The notes: a model not told the origin generated them from the letters alone. Positions 26,399 to 37,024 are shown, counted from the first letter of the stretch. The stretch: 64,000 bases of DNA from Candidatus Poseidoniales archaeon (GCA_003602415.1 QQSK01000005.1:31772-95771); one strand, 5' to 3'. Translations and numbers: made by a program.

Positions 26399-27745
26399 CT
26401 ACTTGATAGAGATGCGTCCTTCTGATTTTGAAATTAGGCGCTGTAATTCTGCATCGCCACACCATAGTGTCAATTCAAATCCGTTTTTTGAAGTAACTAT
26501 ACCAGTATTGTAAATCTGGTTAACATACGCCTCAGGGCTTCGTTGACCGTCATTTCCTTGAGATACAATTACTGTTCTCTTTGGACCGTATAGTGAATAC
26601 ATTATCGATTCTCTAAGCTCATCTAATCCTGTTCCATCATGAGATGAAACCACCATAGGTTCAGACATTCCCATAGAGGCTACCACCTCTTTTGCAGCAT
26701 CGACATCCCCTCCTAAATCGGATTTGGTTAGTACTACTTTCAAACTTAGAACTCCGTCTTCGCTTCTGTCCAATACTTCTCTTCTAGAAGTAGATAGTTT
26801 TCTTTCTAATTCATCTAAACTATCGCTACAATCTGCCAGTAATAAAAGCAGGTCGCACTGTAATGATTCGTCTAGAGTAGCATGGAATGCATCCAGAAGA
26901 TCTGAGGGTAGTTCGTCAATGAAACCGATAGTATCTGCCAAAAGTACACGAGGACTCATTTCCATTCGTCCAACCGTTGTCTCAAGTGTTGAGAATAATT
27001 TATCCTCAACGAGGACTTCTTTACCAGATAGAGCCAAGAAAAGAGAGGATTTGCCAGCATTGGTATATCCTGCTAATCCCACTGTTCGCGCACCGCCTCT
27101 AACTCTCTGCCTTCTTCTCTCCTGGCGGGCTAAGGCCTGTTTTTGCTGCTTCTTTCTTAGCTGGGCTAATTCTCTAGACACCGTGGTTAAAACTCCCTGA
27201 ATTGCCTGTTTACCTCCCGCTCCGAAACCTGCTCTTTCACCAGTAGTTTGTTGATTCACCAACTCTCTAAGCACTGAGCGGTCCGCTTGTAATTGTGCAA
27301 TTCTAACCTGGGTTCGAGCCTCTACACTACTGGCATGTGAAATGAACAAAGAAAGCAGTAGTCGTACTCTATCCCATACCTCAACCTGGGCTGCTTCGTG
27401 AATGTTCACCAATTGTCTTGGTGATGAATTCGAGTGAATGATCAGTAAATCTACACCATGCCAAGGATGCCCTTCTACCGCAGTAGATATCTCATCTGAA
27501 ACATCCTGCAATCTGCCTTTTCCGAAAAATGTTCGTGGGTCCTCGCCTCCCTTTTGGAATTGAATGTCTACGACTTCAATGCCCATGGTTTCTGCAAGAG
27601 CGATTAATTCCCTAGGCTCTCCATCTCTATGGAGAAGGACAGCTTTGCGCCCCTCATGGTTGGTACGAGCCTCTCCTAAAGCGACACCTCCGGTGCCAGC
27701 AAGTACACGGATTGGCTCATCCATGCTAGGCTGAAGAGATATCAC
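26399..27745 (-). CDS. hflX: GTPase HflX
   Basis: G1 GYTNAGKSSLF, G3 DTIGFI and G4 TKSD. The N-terminal HflX-type domain contains a coiled region (RIAQLQADRS...). Confidence 0.9.
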   Translation of the reverse strand: MISLQPSMDEPIRVLAGTGGVALGEARTNHEGRKAVLLHRDGEPRELIALAETMGIEVVDIQFQKGGEDPRTFFGKGRLQDVSDEISTAVEGHPWHGVDLLIIHSNSSPRQLVNIHEAAQVEVWDRVRLLLSLFISHASSVEARTQVRIAQLQADRSVLRELVNQQTTGERAGFGAGGKQAIQGVLTTVSRELAQLRKKQQKQALARQERRRQRVRGGARTVGLAGYTNAGKSSLFLALSGKEVLVEDKLFSTLETTVGRMEMSPRVLLADTIGFIDELPSDLLDAFHATLDESLQCDLLLLLADCSDSLDELERKLSTSRREVLDRSEDGVLSLKVVLTKSDLGGDVDAAKEVVASMGMSEPMVVSSHDGTGLDELRESIMYSLYGPKRTVIVSQGNDGQRSPEAYVNQIYNTGIVTSKNGFELTLWCGDAELQRLISKSEGRISIK

Positions 27746-27787
27746 TCAAAGAGTCATTCCAAATGTAGCAACTCTCATTGAGGAGAT

Positions 27788-28015
27788 GTGCCTGTTAGTA
27801 TCATGGCCGAGGGATTCACTACGACATTGAATTGGCAAGGCTCTTCGATAATCGCACAACGTCTTGCAAAATTGATTCCTGAAGGTACCAACTTCGAAAT
27901 TGAGAACGATGGTGATGTGGCTAAATTGACCGTTTTTGTTGAATCTGATGACTTAGAACAATTGAGGGCCGATGTGGATGATCTACTTACTTTGTTCTCA
28001 GATCAAGATGAGTGA
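27788..28015 (+). CDS. small protein, KEOPS Pcc1-like (tentative)
   Basis: About 71-75 aa. The pattern ...KLTVFVESDDLEQLRADVDDLLTLF resembles the Pcc1 strand-helix motif. The start is GTG 27788 or ATG 27803. Confidence 0.4.
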   Translation: MPVSIMAEGFTTTLNWQGSSIIAQRLAKLIPEGTNFEIENDGDVAKLTVFVESDDLEQLRADVDDLLTLFSDQDE

Positions 28016-28785
28016 ATGTCCAAGATTACTGGAGCATGGTCACTTACCTCGAGTCCACCCTGTCTATCGATTTCTACCGATTTCATTCGCTCTCTAGCCG
28101 CCTTATTTCCTAATAGATAGTCAATACGCCAACCTCTGTCTTTAGCTCTGGCCTGACCGCGATTAGACCACCAAGAGAATATTTTCTCATCTGGCCCAAC
28201 GTGTTCACGGAATAGGTCATGCCAGCCTTCACTCAATAAATCGCTAAACCATTCGCGCTCATGAGGAAGAAATCCGCTCGACTTCGCATTTCCTTTTGGA
28301 TTCCAAATGTCATTTTCTGTGTGGGCGATATTCAAATCGCCTGCAACTATGACTACATCGTCTGAATCCAGTAAAGGCCGAATGAATTCACGCCATTGAT
28401 CCATCCATGTTTCTTTGTATTGTTGCCTTTCCTCTTTGGAGGAACCACTGGGAAGATATGTGTTGACTAAAACAACATCATTATGCCTAGTAACAAGTAC
28501 TCTTCCTTCAGAATCCTGAGGGTCTAATTTGCCTTTCATGCCTCTTCCGAGTTCTTGCATTTCTATCCTTGAAATTGTTGCAACTCCAGAGTATCCCTTT
28601 TTTTCTGCCGGATGCAAAATCATCTCTGTCCCTTCTGGAAGACTCCAATCCTTGGGCAATTGTTCGGACAGGCATCTTACTTCCTGTAGCATCCATACGT
28701 CTGCATCTATTTTGTCGAAGAATTTGTCAATGCCTTTGCGGATAGCGGCCCGAATTCCATTTACATTCCAAGTTACTATTCGCAT
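28003..28785 (-). CDS. xth: exodeoxyribonuclease III / AP endonuclease
   Basis: MRIVTWNVNGIRA, LQEV, GDLNIAH, WRIDY and SDHAPV. Confidence 0.9.
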   Translation of the reverse strand: MRIVTWNVNGIRAAIRKGIDKFFDKIDADVWMLQEVRCLSEQLPKDWSLPEGTEMILHPAEKKGYSGVATISRIEMQELGRGMKGKLDPQDSEGRVLVTRHNDVVLVNTYLPSGSSKEERQQYKETWMDQWREFIRPLLDSDDVVIVAGDLNIAHTENDIWNPKGNAKSSGFLPHEREWFSDLLSEGWHDLFREHVGPDEKIFSWWSNRGQARAKDRGWRIDYLLGNKAARERMKSVEIDRQGGLEVSDHAPVILDIHSS

Positions 28786-28811
28786 ATCTGTTGCTCAGCC
28801 TAGACGGTGCT

Positions 28812-29705
28812 TCAAATGATTCCATCAGAAAGCTGCCCTCTTGAGTCTGTTAGAGTAATTGATTTATTCTCGCGTTTGGTTACAATGTGTGAGCGCCATC
28901 CAGATAACCTTTCATCAAGAAGTTCTTCTATTGATTCAAGGCCTCCCGATAATGAGATACAAGACAAATGGCTCATCCCTGGGGCTTTTCTGGAGTGTAT
29001 TGCAGCAAGATCAATGATTGCAACCTCGCCCTTCACTAATCCGTGTAATCCTTTGAGCGGTTGGTTATCCAATACCACATCTAAAGTAGAGACTTTCACA
29101 GGTTCTCCAACTGGAGAGCCATCGCACATTTTCACTTCATCAGCTTCTATTTTGACTCCTTTTGAAGTGATTACTCCTCCTTCGTATCTATCTACAATAT
29201 TCATGCCGGTTTGAATTGGCACTCCTACTTCTTCTAGGGTCGAGGCGAGTCGCCCAATCAATCCAGACCATCCCTCTCCTACAACACATAATTTGCCTTT
29301 CAATAATGCCTTGCGTCTTGAGGGGATATCTTGACCCCAACCCGAAATTAATCGCACTGCATCATCCCTAATTGGGTCCTGTCCAAGTTTAAATGCCAAC
29401 ATTTGCTTGGGACTATTTATCGGTTGAAGCATGCCATGACCCACGATCATTACTTTGTGTGGTCGCAATGGCCTAAGTGAAGGTTTGACTTTACTGACTT
29501 TCTTTACCATGTTATGAAGAGCGCCTCCTTTCAGTAAAAGATGAGGTCCGTGTTCTAATTGGTGTCCAAATGAATTCTCGCTAGTCCCTCTACCGCCGAT
29601 TTTCTTACGCTTTTCTAAGATGAATACTTGATTATTGGCTAGATGTTCCCTTGCCGCGGTAACTAGGCCATGTATGCCCGCACCCACTACGAGAACCCGC
29701 TTCAT
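28812..29705 (-). CDS. FAD/NAD(P)-binding oxidoreductase (amine-oxidase/phytoene-desaturase-like fold)
   Basis: MKRVLVVGAGIHGLVTAA is a dinucleotide-binding GxGxxG motif. ATG 29705 was chosen rather than the longer track ORF, so that it does not overlap nadC. Confidence 0.65.
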   Translation of the reverse strand: MKRVLVVGAGIHGLVTAAREHLANNQVFILEKRKKIGGRGTSENSFGHQLEHGPHLLLKGGALHNMVKKVSKVKPSLRPLRPHKVMIVGHGMLQPINSPKQMLAFKLGQDPIRDDAVRLISGWGQDIPSRRKALLKGKLCVVGEGWSGLIGRLASTLEEVGVPIQTGMNIVDRYEGGVITSKGVKIEADEVKMCDGSPVGEPVKVSTLDVVLDNQPLKGLHGLVKGEVAIIDLAAIHSRKAPGMSHLSCISLSGGLESIEELLDERLSGWRSHIVTKRENKSITLTDSRGQLSDGII

Positions 29706-29830
29706 GGCACCCCCAGCAGGTGCATAACCATGAAGTCCTCGTACCTCTAGCAGTAAATATGGCCGAGAAGCGACCACCCCCTCATGATAGGGGCTCGGTT
29801 TTGTGGGATGCTTCTTCAGGCCCAACTAGA

Positions 29831-30700
29831 ATGCTAATTTCCAGTTTTGATAGATGGACTAGTGCATTGCTGGCCGACGATGGCGTAGATATGCCATTCA
29901 TGGGTGGGCAAGAAAATGTTGAGGCAAAAATTATTGCAAAAAGTAGTGGCATCTTAGCCGGTTGTGCCGCTGTTGATCACATGCTCCAAATTTGGGCTGG
30001 TGGATTACGAATATCGTGGAGTCATGGAGAAGGCCGTTCTATCGTCATTGGAGACGAAGTTGCCACAATTAGTGGTGATAAGGAAGCCATATTGGCTATG
30101 GAAAGAAGCATTTTGAACATATTAGGGCAATTATCTGGAATTGCTACTGAATCGAAAAAATGGGCTTCTAAAGCCCCTGGCCAAATCGCTTGCACTCGCA
30201 AAACCATCTGGGGGTTGCTGGATAAATGGGCTGTTCATTTGGGTGGTGGTCTAACTCACAGGTTATCGAAGCGTGATGCTTTGATGATCAAAGAAAACGA
30301 CCTTGCTGTAATGTATCCAGACCTTGAGGGTAATGGGGCCCGTGTTTCAAGATTCCTTACAGAAGTAAATCCTTCAGAATCAGGAGCATTCATCGAAGTT
30401 GAAGTTCGTGAAGAAAAAGAAGCCATTATGGCCGCTTTTACATGGTCTGAGAGAAGAATGGTAGATGGTTGCGATCGTTTAGTAATCATGTTGGATAATT
30501 TCGGGCCTGAAAGATGCAAAGCGGTGGCCGATGAACTTACAGAAATGGGTCTTAGAGAACATGTTGTGCTTGAAGCAAGTGGAGGCATACTACTCGAAAA
30601 TATTGAAGATTGGAGAGAATGTGGATTGGACGTTCTCTCTACTAGCACTATCAACAGAGGGACTACTCCTCTGGATTTGTCTATGTTAATTGAAAATTAG
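29831..30700 (+). CDS. nadC: nicotinate-nucleotide pyrophosphorylase (carboxylating)
   Basis: TRKTIWGLLDKWAVHLGGGLTHRLSKRDALMIKENDL, IEVEV, MLDNF and EASGGI. ATG 29831 was chosen. Confidence 0.85.
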   Translation: MLISSFDRWTSALLADDGVDMPFMGGQENVEAKIIAKSSGILAGCAAVDHMLQIWAGGLRISWSHGEGRSIVIGDEVATISGDKEAILAMERSILNILGQLSGIATESKKWASKAPGQIACTRKTIWGLLDKWAVHLGGGLTHRLSKRDALMIKENDLAVMYPDLEGNGARVSRFLTEVNPSESGAFIEVEVREEKEAIMAAFTWSERRMVDGCDRLVIMLDNFGPERCKAVADELTEMGLREHVVLEASGGILLENIEDWRECGLDVLSTSTINRGTTPLDLSMLIEN

Positions 30701-30708
30701 GTGATAAA

Positions 30709-31461
30709 ATGATTGATGAAGAAAATGTTGTCGACCCGTCTCATCCAAGATACAAATCTTTGATGATTAGAAAAAAAGTTGCTGATGCTGGAGTAAAAGG
30801 AATGCTGGCTGATTCAGCAATGATCGCACATGGCCGAGGAGAAGCTTATGATTACCTGCTCGGAGAACAAACCACTCCTTCAGCAATGGAGGCTACTCGA
30901 GAGGCTGTTGCTAGATTGGTACGGGCTGAGCGCCCGATTTTGTCATTGAATGGAAATGCCATTGCTCTTGCAGGAGCTGATTTCCTAACTATTGCAAGCC
31001 AGTTAGGATGTCCTGTTGAGATAAACATTTTTTATCGAACTCCAGAAAGAATGGGGGCTTTGTTAGGCCATTTGAAATTACTAAACTCAAAATTGGGATT
31101 AGATGTTGAAATCTTGGGAGGTATTCCAGATGCTCGTATTCCGGGACTAGAAGGTCCGAGGGGTGCTTGTCAAAGCAATGGAATCTTTGAGGCAGATGTT
31201 ATTCTTGTTCCTCTTGAAGATGGAGATCGATGCGAAGCGTTAATCGCAATGGGCAAAGAAGTTCTTGTTATCGATTTGAACCCTCTTTCGCGTTCATCAA
31301 GAACTGGCACTGTTGGAATTGTTGATGAAGTTACACGTGTAACAAAGAATATGATTCAAATGATTCCTGAGAAACCATCAGTAACAGAATGGAATAACAA
31401 TAATGCGTTGCAATCTGCATTAAATCACATTGTTGAATCGTTATCCAACAAATTTGAATGA
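30709..31461 (+). CDS. archaeal-type phosphopantothenate synthetase (4-phosphopantoate--beta-alanine ligase family)
   Basis: HPRYKSL...IAHGRGEAYDYLLGE and the 250-aa length match my recollection of the archaeal COG1701 family. Confidence 0.7.
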   Translation: MIDEENVVDPSHPRYKSLMIRKKVADAGVKGMLADSAMIAHGRGEAYDYLLGEQTTPSAMEATREAVARLVRAERPILSLNGNAIALAGADFLTIASQLGCPVEINIFYRTPERMGALLGHLKLLNSKLGLDVEILGGIPDARIPGLEGPRGACQSNGIFEADVILVPLEDGDRCEALIAMGKEVLVIDLNPLSRSSRTGTVGIVDEVTRVTKNMIQMIPEKPSVTEWNNNNALQSALNHIVESLSNKFE

Positions 31462-32643
31462 TTACAATTCACTCAATTTGTTTGCCAAAATGTTGGATAT
31501 CGAAATTCCTACTTCACTACAAGAAGCTGAGCCGCCTAAATCATAGGTCAATGACTTTCCATCTCTGAGATGGTCTGCGACACTATCGTCGATTAGTTTA
31601 GCGATTTGAACTAGTTCTTCCTGCTCGTTTTTGCGACCTAGCCAATCCAGCATCATTTGGATTGAGTTGATACTAGCAATCGGGTTGACTTTGTTTTGTC
31701 CTGCATGTTTAGGTGCACTGCCATGAACTGGCTCAAAGAATGCATGCTTGTCTCCAATATTTCCTGATGCAGCCATTCCCATTCCTCCTTGCAATACTGC
31801 ACCAAGGTCGGTTGCTATATCTCCAAACATGTTTGATGAAACCACCACGTCATAATACTCCGGAGTTCTTGTGAGCCATTGCATGAAGGCATCGATATAT
31901 CCGTGATCTGTTTCAATGCCAGGATAAGAAGTTGCGACATTATCAAACACTTTGCGGAACAGTTGGCATCCACGGGTCACGTTACTCTTATCGATACAAG
32001 AGACACGACTTATTCCATCTGCAGGAGCCCCTTTTCTGTTTTGAGCAATATCAAAGCCCATGCGAACTAGTCTTTCTGTGCCGTTAGCAGAGATAGGTCG
32101 GGGGTCGTAAGCAACCTCTCCTTCAAGACCCGGGAATGTCATTTCAGGAGGTATGTATTCCTCTCTGCCAAGAGCCCTGTCTGCACTTCTTCGTAGTAAA
32201 GAGTGGTACAATCCTTCGGTGTTCTCTCGCAGAATTGTCATGTCGACCATTCCTGGTTCCCAGATTTGAGTAAATCGTCCGTGAACTTTGTGAGGTACGC
32301 CTTCGTACAATTTTATTGGGCGAACATTCGCATACAAATCTAGACCTGAGCGCATTCCAAGGATTACTGAGCCGCCTGCTAGGTCCCCATTCGGAAGTCT
32401 GGCACCAGGGTATCCTATAGCGCCTAAATAAATCGCATCAGCCTCATCGCGACAAAATTCGAATGAGCCTTCGGCCCATTCTTCTCCGGTCTCTTTGTAG
32501 TGTTGACCGCCACACGGAATTGTAACTTGTTCGAAGCCGTGATTTGTATGAGCTTGGACGGTATCCAATATCCGAGATGCTTCTACCGCAACTTCTCTTC
32601 CAGTTCCATCGCCGGGCAAGATTGCGATACGGTGGTCGCTCAT
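31462..32643 (-). CDS. isopropylmalate/tartrate/isocitrate dehydrogenase-family oxidative decarboxylase
   Basis: [17 protein letters not shown] and [27 protein letters not shown]. Confidence 0.9.
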   Translation of the reverse strand: MSDHRIAILPGDGTGREVAVEASRILDTVQAHTNHGFEQVTIPCGGQHYKETGEEWAEGSFEFCRDEADAIYLGAIGYPGARLPNGDLAGGSVILGMRSGLDLYANVRPIKLYEGVPHKVHGRFTQIWEPGMVDMTILRENTEGLYHSLLRRSADRALGREEYIPPEMTFPGLEGEVAYDPRPISANGTERLVRMGFDIAQNRKGAPADGISRVSCIDKSNVTRGCQLFRKVFDNVATSYPGIETDHGYIDAFMQWLTRTPEYYDVVVSSNMFGDIATDLGAVLQGGMGMAASGNIGDKHAFFEPVHGSAPKHAGQNKVNPIASINSIQMMLDWLGRKNEQEELVQIAKLIDDSVADHLRDGKSLTYDLGGSASCSEVGISISNILANKLSEL

Positions 32644-32828
32644 ATCACTGGCAACAGATGTACCTTAATGAACGCGCGCCCCGTTACTCTCGGAGTTGGA
32701 AAGAGGTTCTTGTCCGGTGGAATGGGATTTGTGCAATTTAGGTCGCGCAGTGTTTCACAACTCCAATAGAAGTGTACCCCACATCTGTAACTGTACCTTT
32801 ATGGAGTGCCATAACGCACATTACTAGC

Positions 32829-33443
32829 ATGGCCGAAGACAATCGTGACAAATCGGAAGAGCGGTTGCGAATGGAACATATGCCCTTAGCGGTCAAGAAA
32901 TTGGCTGACACAATGTTTGGAATCGATCCAAAGTTCAACATTGAGGATTGGTTGATTAAGAAAGCTAATGACGATTTAGCATTGATTGAAATGGACATTG
33001 AAAGAGAGAGAGTGCAACTTGAACAAAGAATTCATCGATTGGAAACGATTGCTAAACGTTTAGCTCCAGAAGATATTCGAGAAGTGCCGCAGGGTCAGAC
33101 TAATCTATTCGATTGTTTCGACATTTCAATACCGATTAAACACCTTGCGGGACGGGTGGAAGAAATAGTGGACGAAGAGCCGCACCCTGCTGGAACATTC
33201 ATCAATTTGCTACCAGATGATGGTTGTGATGACCCATTATTGGCGGTAACCGCACAGATGATGCTGATTTTTGCTCAGGAAAAAGTTGGCAATGGAGCCA
33301 ATTGGGTTGAATTGGATGAATTGTTTTCACCACTTACAGATAATGGAATCTCTAAGGAAGAATGTGATGAAGCGCTAGATCATTTATTGATGACTGGCCA
33401 GATTCATGAAATTGATGATGATTGCTTCATTCCCGATGAGTGA
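32829..33443 (+). CDS. hypothetical acidic protein
   Basis: An ORF of about 204 aa from ATG 32829; the track starts at GTG 32772. It has a coiled-coil-like segment and no recognised motif. Confidence 0.5.
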   Translation: MAEDNRDKSEERLRMEHMPLAVKKLADTMFGIDPKFNIEDWLIKKANDDLALIEMDIERERVQLEQRIHRLETIAKRLAPEDIREVPQGQTNLFDCFDISIPIKHLAGRVEEIVDEEPHPAGTFINLLPDDGCDDPLLAVTAQMMLIFAQEKVGNGANWVELDELFSPLTDNGISKEECDEALDHLLMTGQIHEIDDDCFIPDE

Positions 33444-33476
33444 GAGTGGGAGCCCTAGGACTCCCTGCTTAGGCTC

Positions 33477-33484
33477 AATATATA
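33477..33484 (+). promoter_or_regulatory. TATA-box-like element (AATATATA) about 25 nt upstream of ATG 33505
   Basis: The A/T box spacing fits a leaderless archaeal transcript. A GGGAG-8nt-CTCCC hairpin (33448-33465) precedes it. Confidence 0.35.
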
Positions 33485-33504
33485 CCGGAGTCTAACTATA
33501 CCTT

Positions 33505-34080
33505 ATGGGCCTAACAAGATCTGCGGTAATAGGGTTAATGGCATGGGGGATTATGACCGTCATGCACGTTAAGCATGAACTTGCTATTGGCGTTGGAATA
33601 TTTTCAGCGTTTCTTGCTGAGTCGATGATTCAAGCAAATGCTAGAAGTCATCTGCGGCATAAAGCAACATCACTACAAACTGAGCTGAACATTGCAATCG
33701 ACCAAATTTGTGACATGAAAAGAGCATTAGATGTTACAACTAAAGATCTTAGAAACGCCCTAGATGAATTACATCGCAGAGATGCCGTTGGTAGTCCAGC
33801 CGCTAGAGAACTATTAGCGCGCCAGGAAGAAGCAATGGAGGCTCAAAAAGTTGCTCTTGACCGTTCCACAGACCGTTCTTTCGAAACACTAGAATCTCTT
33901 GAAAGAATGATTATCTCTCAAGGCCAGCAAACCTCTAGAGTGCAAGAGGTCCTTTCGATGGTTCTAGAAAAGTTAGCCCTAGAACCTCGTCAGCACATCA
34001 ATATGCACGATTCAGTACTCACACAAGAGAATCATTCAACACCTGCAATGACAGACGACCTAATATCTCTGATGGGATGA
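33505..34080 (+). CDS. hypothetical membrane-anchored coiled-coil protein
   Basis: Two N-terminal hydrophobic helices, then heptad-like charged sequence. Confidence 0.5.
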   Translation: MGLTRSAVIGLMAWGIMTVMHVKHELAIGVGIFSAFLAESMIQANARSHLRHKATSLQTELNIAIDQICDMKRALDVTTKDLRNALDELHRRDAVGSPAARELLARQEEAMEAQKVALDRSTDRSFETLESLERMIISQGQQTSRVQEVLSMVLEKLALEPRQHINMHDSVLTQENHSTPAMTDDLISLMG

Positions 34081-34081
34081 A

Positions 34082-34762
34082 GTGGTCACGATGCACGCCT
34101 CGGTTCGAGAATTGATGCGCTTGAAATTGCGCTCCAGGATTTATTCTGTATTCTTAGCACTAGGAATTATTGCTGTGACATTTGCCATCATCTTGGGGAT
34201 GAGAGTTGATGACCCGTTGGTTATTGGGACACACATGTATGTCCTTGTTGGTGGAATTTCTTTTGTCTTTATTGGAATGATTCTTCATCAAAACGAAGAG
34301 GTTTTTGCTCAAAAATATGACATGACTCACATACTAGATATTGATGATAAGGAAGAACGATACAATGCATATTTGGAACACCTATCAGAATGGATAGCCG
34401 CTGATATGGAAGATGTTAATCCAACAATGACCAGAGGCTCAGACCCACAGGGTCCAGATTGGGGTAAGACCGATTTTAAATTAGGGCATGAACCTGGAAG
34501 AAGAGATGCTATTGTTGAGGGTGAGAAATATTCTGGGATGGAAGGAGATCTTACATCGGGTGAGAAAATGGTTGAGATGGCCAACAAAGATTATGCCAAA
34601 ATGGCACAGAAAAGGTGGGAGATAGCTGAAGCTAATGATCCCGACATAATCGAATACGGTGTTGAAAGATTAGGAGATTTGGTTAGAACTGATTATTTCG
34701 AAAAGAACGCTGAAGATGGTGCGTTCACGAAAGTCGCCAACAAGGACTCTGAACACAATTGA
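34082..34762 (+). CDS. hypothetical membrane protein
   Basis: Two TM helices, then an acidic soluble domain. The start is GTG 34082 or ATG 34091. Confidence 0.5.
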   Translation: MVTMHASVRELMRLKLRSRIYSVFLALGIIAVTFAIILGMRVDDPLVIGTHMYVLVGGISFVFIGMILHQNEEVFAQKYDMTHILDIDDKEERYNAYLEHLSEWIAADMEDVNPTMTRGSDPQGPDWGKTDFKLGHEPGRRDAIVEGEKYSGMEGDLTSGEKMVEMANKDYAKMAQKRWEIAEANDPDIIEYGVERLGDLVRTDYFEKNAEDGAFTKVANKDSEHN

Positions 34763-34793
34763 TTCAATAAGCAAATGCTGAGAGGACGGGTGG

Positions 34794-35495
34794 ATGAAAG
34801 CGATCATTGTTGCTGGAGGTCACGGCAGTAGGTTGCTCCCAATGACCAATTTCACACACAAAACGCTATTGCCTCTAAACGGCAGACCAATCATCGATTA
34901 TGCTTTAGCAACCATCAGGAATGCAGGGGTTTCCAAAATCACAATTATCGGAAACAAGTTCATTGATAAAATCCGTAATCATGTTGGCGAAGACGTTGAT
35001 TACGTTCTCGAAGAAACTCCTCTTGGGGTTGCAGCTGCTCTCCAATTAGCAAGGAAGGGCAATGAAAATACTCCCTTACTAATTTGGTTCTCGGACAATA
35101 TTACTGACATGGATTTATCTGATGAATTATCTAAATTCACAGAAGGCGCCGTTCTATTGACTAGAGAAGTAAACAATCCACAGGATTTTGGAATTGCTGT
35201 AATTGAAGATGGCGTGGTCGTTGATGTTATGGAAAAACCTGTAAATCCGCCGAGCAATTTGGCGATTGGAGGAATCTATGTCTTTGATGATTCGTTTTGG
35301 AGTCGTCTAGATTCAGTACAGGATTCTGAGGACTTTTCAATTTCAGATGTTACTAGACAATACCTTGTAGAAGGTAAGGCCAGAGTGCTTTCTGTGGGCC
35401 AGAGTACCTGGATTGACTGTGGTACTCCCGAAGGACTGATTCGTGCAGCAAAAATGGTAGATGATGGGATGTTCAAAATAAATGAGGGACTATAA
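34794..35495 (+). CDS. sugar-1-phosphate nucleotidyltransferase
   Basis: MKAIIVAGGHGSRLLPMTNFTHKTLLPLNGRPIIDYAL carries the G-x-G-t-R-l motif. Confidence 0.85.
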   Translation: MKAIIVAGGHGSRLLPMTNFTHKTLLPLNGRPIIDYALATIRNAGVSKITIIGNKFIDKIRNHVGEDVDYVLEETPLGVAAALQLARKGNENTPLLIWFSDNITDMDLSDELSKFTEGAVLLTREVNNPQDFGIAVIEDGVVVDVMEKPVNPPSNLAIGGIYVFDDSFWSRLDSVQDSEDFSISDVTRQYLVEGKARVLSVGQSTWIDCGTPEGLIRAAKMVDDGMFKINEGL

Positions 35496-36316
35496 TGCGC
35501 ATCGGAATTATTGGAGCTGGTATGGTAGGAAGTACGATTGAGCACTGCTTCAATGATGCTCATGATTTGTTCATTCATGATCCTGCAAGAAATACTGAGT
35601 TATCTGATGTGACAAGTAATTGTGAAATGGCATATATCGCTGTTCCAACCCCTTCAGCAGAAGATGGAACTTGTGATACCAGTATCGTTGAAGAAATTCT
35701 GTCTGAATTACCGGACGGTTTTGTTGCTGTAATCAAAAGTACGGTAATCCCTGGCACCACTGAGAAATTGCAGGAAAGATTTCCAAAATTAAAAATCGCT
35801 TATTCGCCCGAATTTTTGGTTGAAAGAAACCGTTTAACCGATTTTGCAAATCAACGTATGTTGGTAGTGGGTACCAATCATGAAGATGTTGCCAAAATGG
35901 TATTTGACCAACATAAAGAGGCTGGTGTATTGATTGAAGAGAAGCTATTTCACACGACCAGTACCGAAGCTGAAATGGTGAAGTATACCAAGAATAATTT
36001 CTATGCATTGAAAGTTATTTTTGCAAACCAGATGTACGATATTTGCAACGGCTTAGGAATAGAATGGGCTACTGTAAGAGAAATTATCACCACTCCTCAA
36101 GACCAGCCAATTGGCGATTCGCACCTAGAGCCGTTGATGGGACTTAATCGTGGATTTGGTGGCAAATGTCTTCCAAAAGATACGTTGGCATTAAGAGAAT
36201 TAGCGCGCAATTTAGGTGTTGATTATGAAATTCTTGATGCCATGCAAAGCGATAATGCGGCTCTAAGAAACAAAGTCACAGGTAAAGCCTCTGATGTTGT
36301 GACGGAGGATGATTGA
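35495..36316 (+). CDS. UDP-glucose/GDP-mannose dehydrogenase-family protein, short form
   Basis: MRIGIIGAGMVGS Rossmann motif and catalytic-Cys motif GFGGKCLPKD. At 273 aa it lacks the usual C-terminal nucleotide-sugar-binding domain. TAATG overlap with the upstream gene. Confidence 0.75.
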   Translation: MRIGIIGAGMVGSTIEHCFNDAHDLFIHDPARNTELSDVTSNCEMAYIAVPTPSAEDGTCDTSIVEEILSELPDGFVAVIKSTVIPGTTEKLQERFPKLKIAYSPEFLVERNRLTDFANQRMLVVGTNHEDVAKMVFDQHKEAGVLIEEKLFHTTSTEAEMVKYTKNNFYALKVIFANQMYDICNGLGIEWATVREIITTPQDQPIGDSHLEPLMGLNRGFGGKCLPKDTLALRELARNLGVDYEILDAMQSDNAALRNKVTGKASDVVTEDD

Positions 36317-36735
36317 TGCTACCTCCTCATGGTTCTCTAAGAAGATATATAGCTACTGCGATGATTAATTTCCTAGCATTTTATTGCCTTTGGGAACTGT
36401 TTCTAGTTATCCTTCCTGACGGTGAATATTGGCCAACTATTTCATGGGCAATTGCATGGTTTTTGGGTTCCTTACAGGCCCATTGGACCCACCGAGTCTG
36501 GACTTTTGATTCAAGTCGCGATATCAAATGGACTATACCGGCTACAATGATTATGTACGTCATTGGAGGAATTGGGTCCACTGCTTGTTATTACATTGGC
36601 ACTGTATCTTGGGGATTCGATGAACGAATATTTTTCTTATTGAATTCTAGTTTGTGGGGATTGTTGAATTATCTAGGGCAAAGAGAAATCGCCTTCAAAG
36701 AGGTCAGTATTTATGCCCCTTCAGAAAACGAATGA
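36316..36735 (+). CDS. GtrA-like membrane protein
   Basis: Four TM helices. HRVWTF and NYLGQREIAF resemble GtrA-family motifs. The ATG shares one base with the upstream TGA stop. Confidence 0.6.
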   Translation: MLPPHGSLRRYIATAMINFLAFYCLWELFLVILPDGEYWPTISWAIAWFLGSLQAHWTHRVWTFDSSRDIKWTIPATMIMYVIGGIGSTACYYIGTVSWGFDERIFFLLNSSLWGLLNYLGQREIAFKEVSIYAPSENE

Positions 36736-37024
36736 GTCGATTAACCAAACTTATTTTTGGACGAGGCGAAAGGCCTAATCTCCAATCTAGTTCACCGGCG
36801 TTATCATACCTGACCAAATCATCAAATCCGCCAATCCATTCATTTCCAATAAAAATTTGAGGTATTTTTTTCGAATTATTAGTTCGTAATGAAAACTCGA
36901 TGTCGATTTTCTTCGACTTGCCAAGCCTTTTTTCGGTATATTCTACACCTTTTCTATCCAGGTAGTGTTTGGCGCTGACACATGCCGGGCATCCTTTGTT
37001 GGTGTATACATCAACTCCCGCCAT
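36704..37024 (-). CDS. glutaredoxin-like protein
   Basis: MAGVDVYTNKGCPACVSAKHYLDRKGVEY...IPQIFIGNEWIGGFDDL has a CPAC active site. ATG 37024 was chosen. Confidence 0.8.
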   Translation of the reverse strand: MAGVDVYTNKGCPACVSAKHYLDRKGVEYTEKRLGKSKKIDIEFSLRTNNSKKIPQIFIGNEWIGGFDDLVRYDNAGELDWRLGLSPRPKISLVNRLIRFLKGHKY

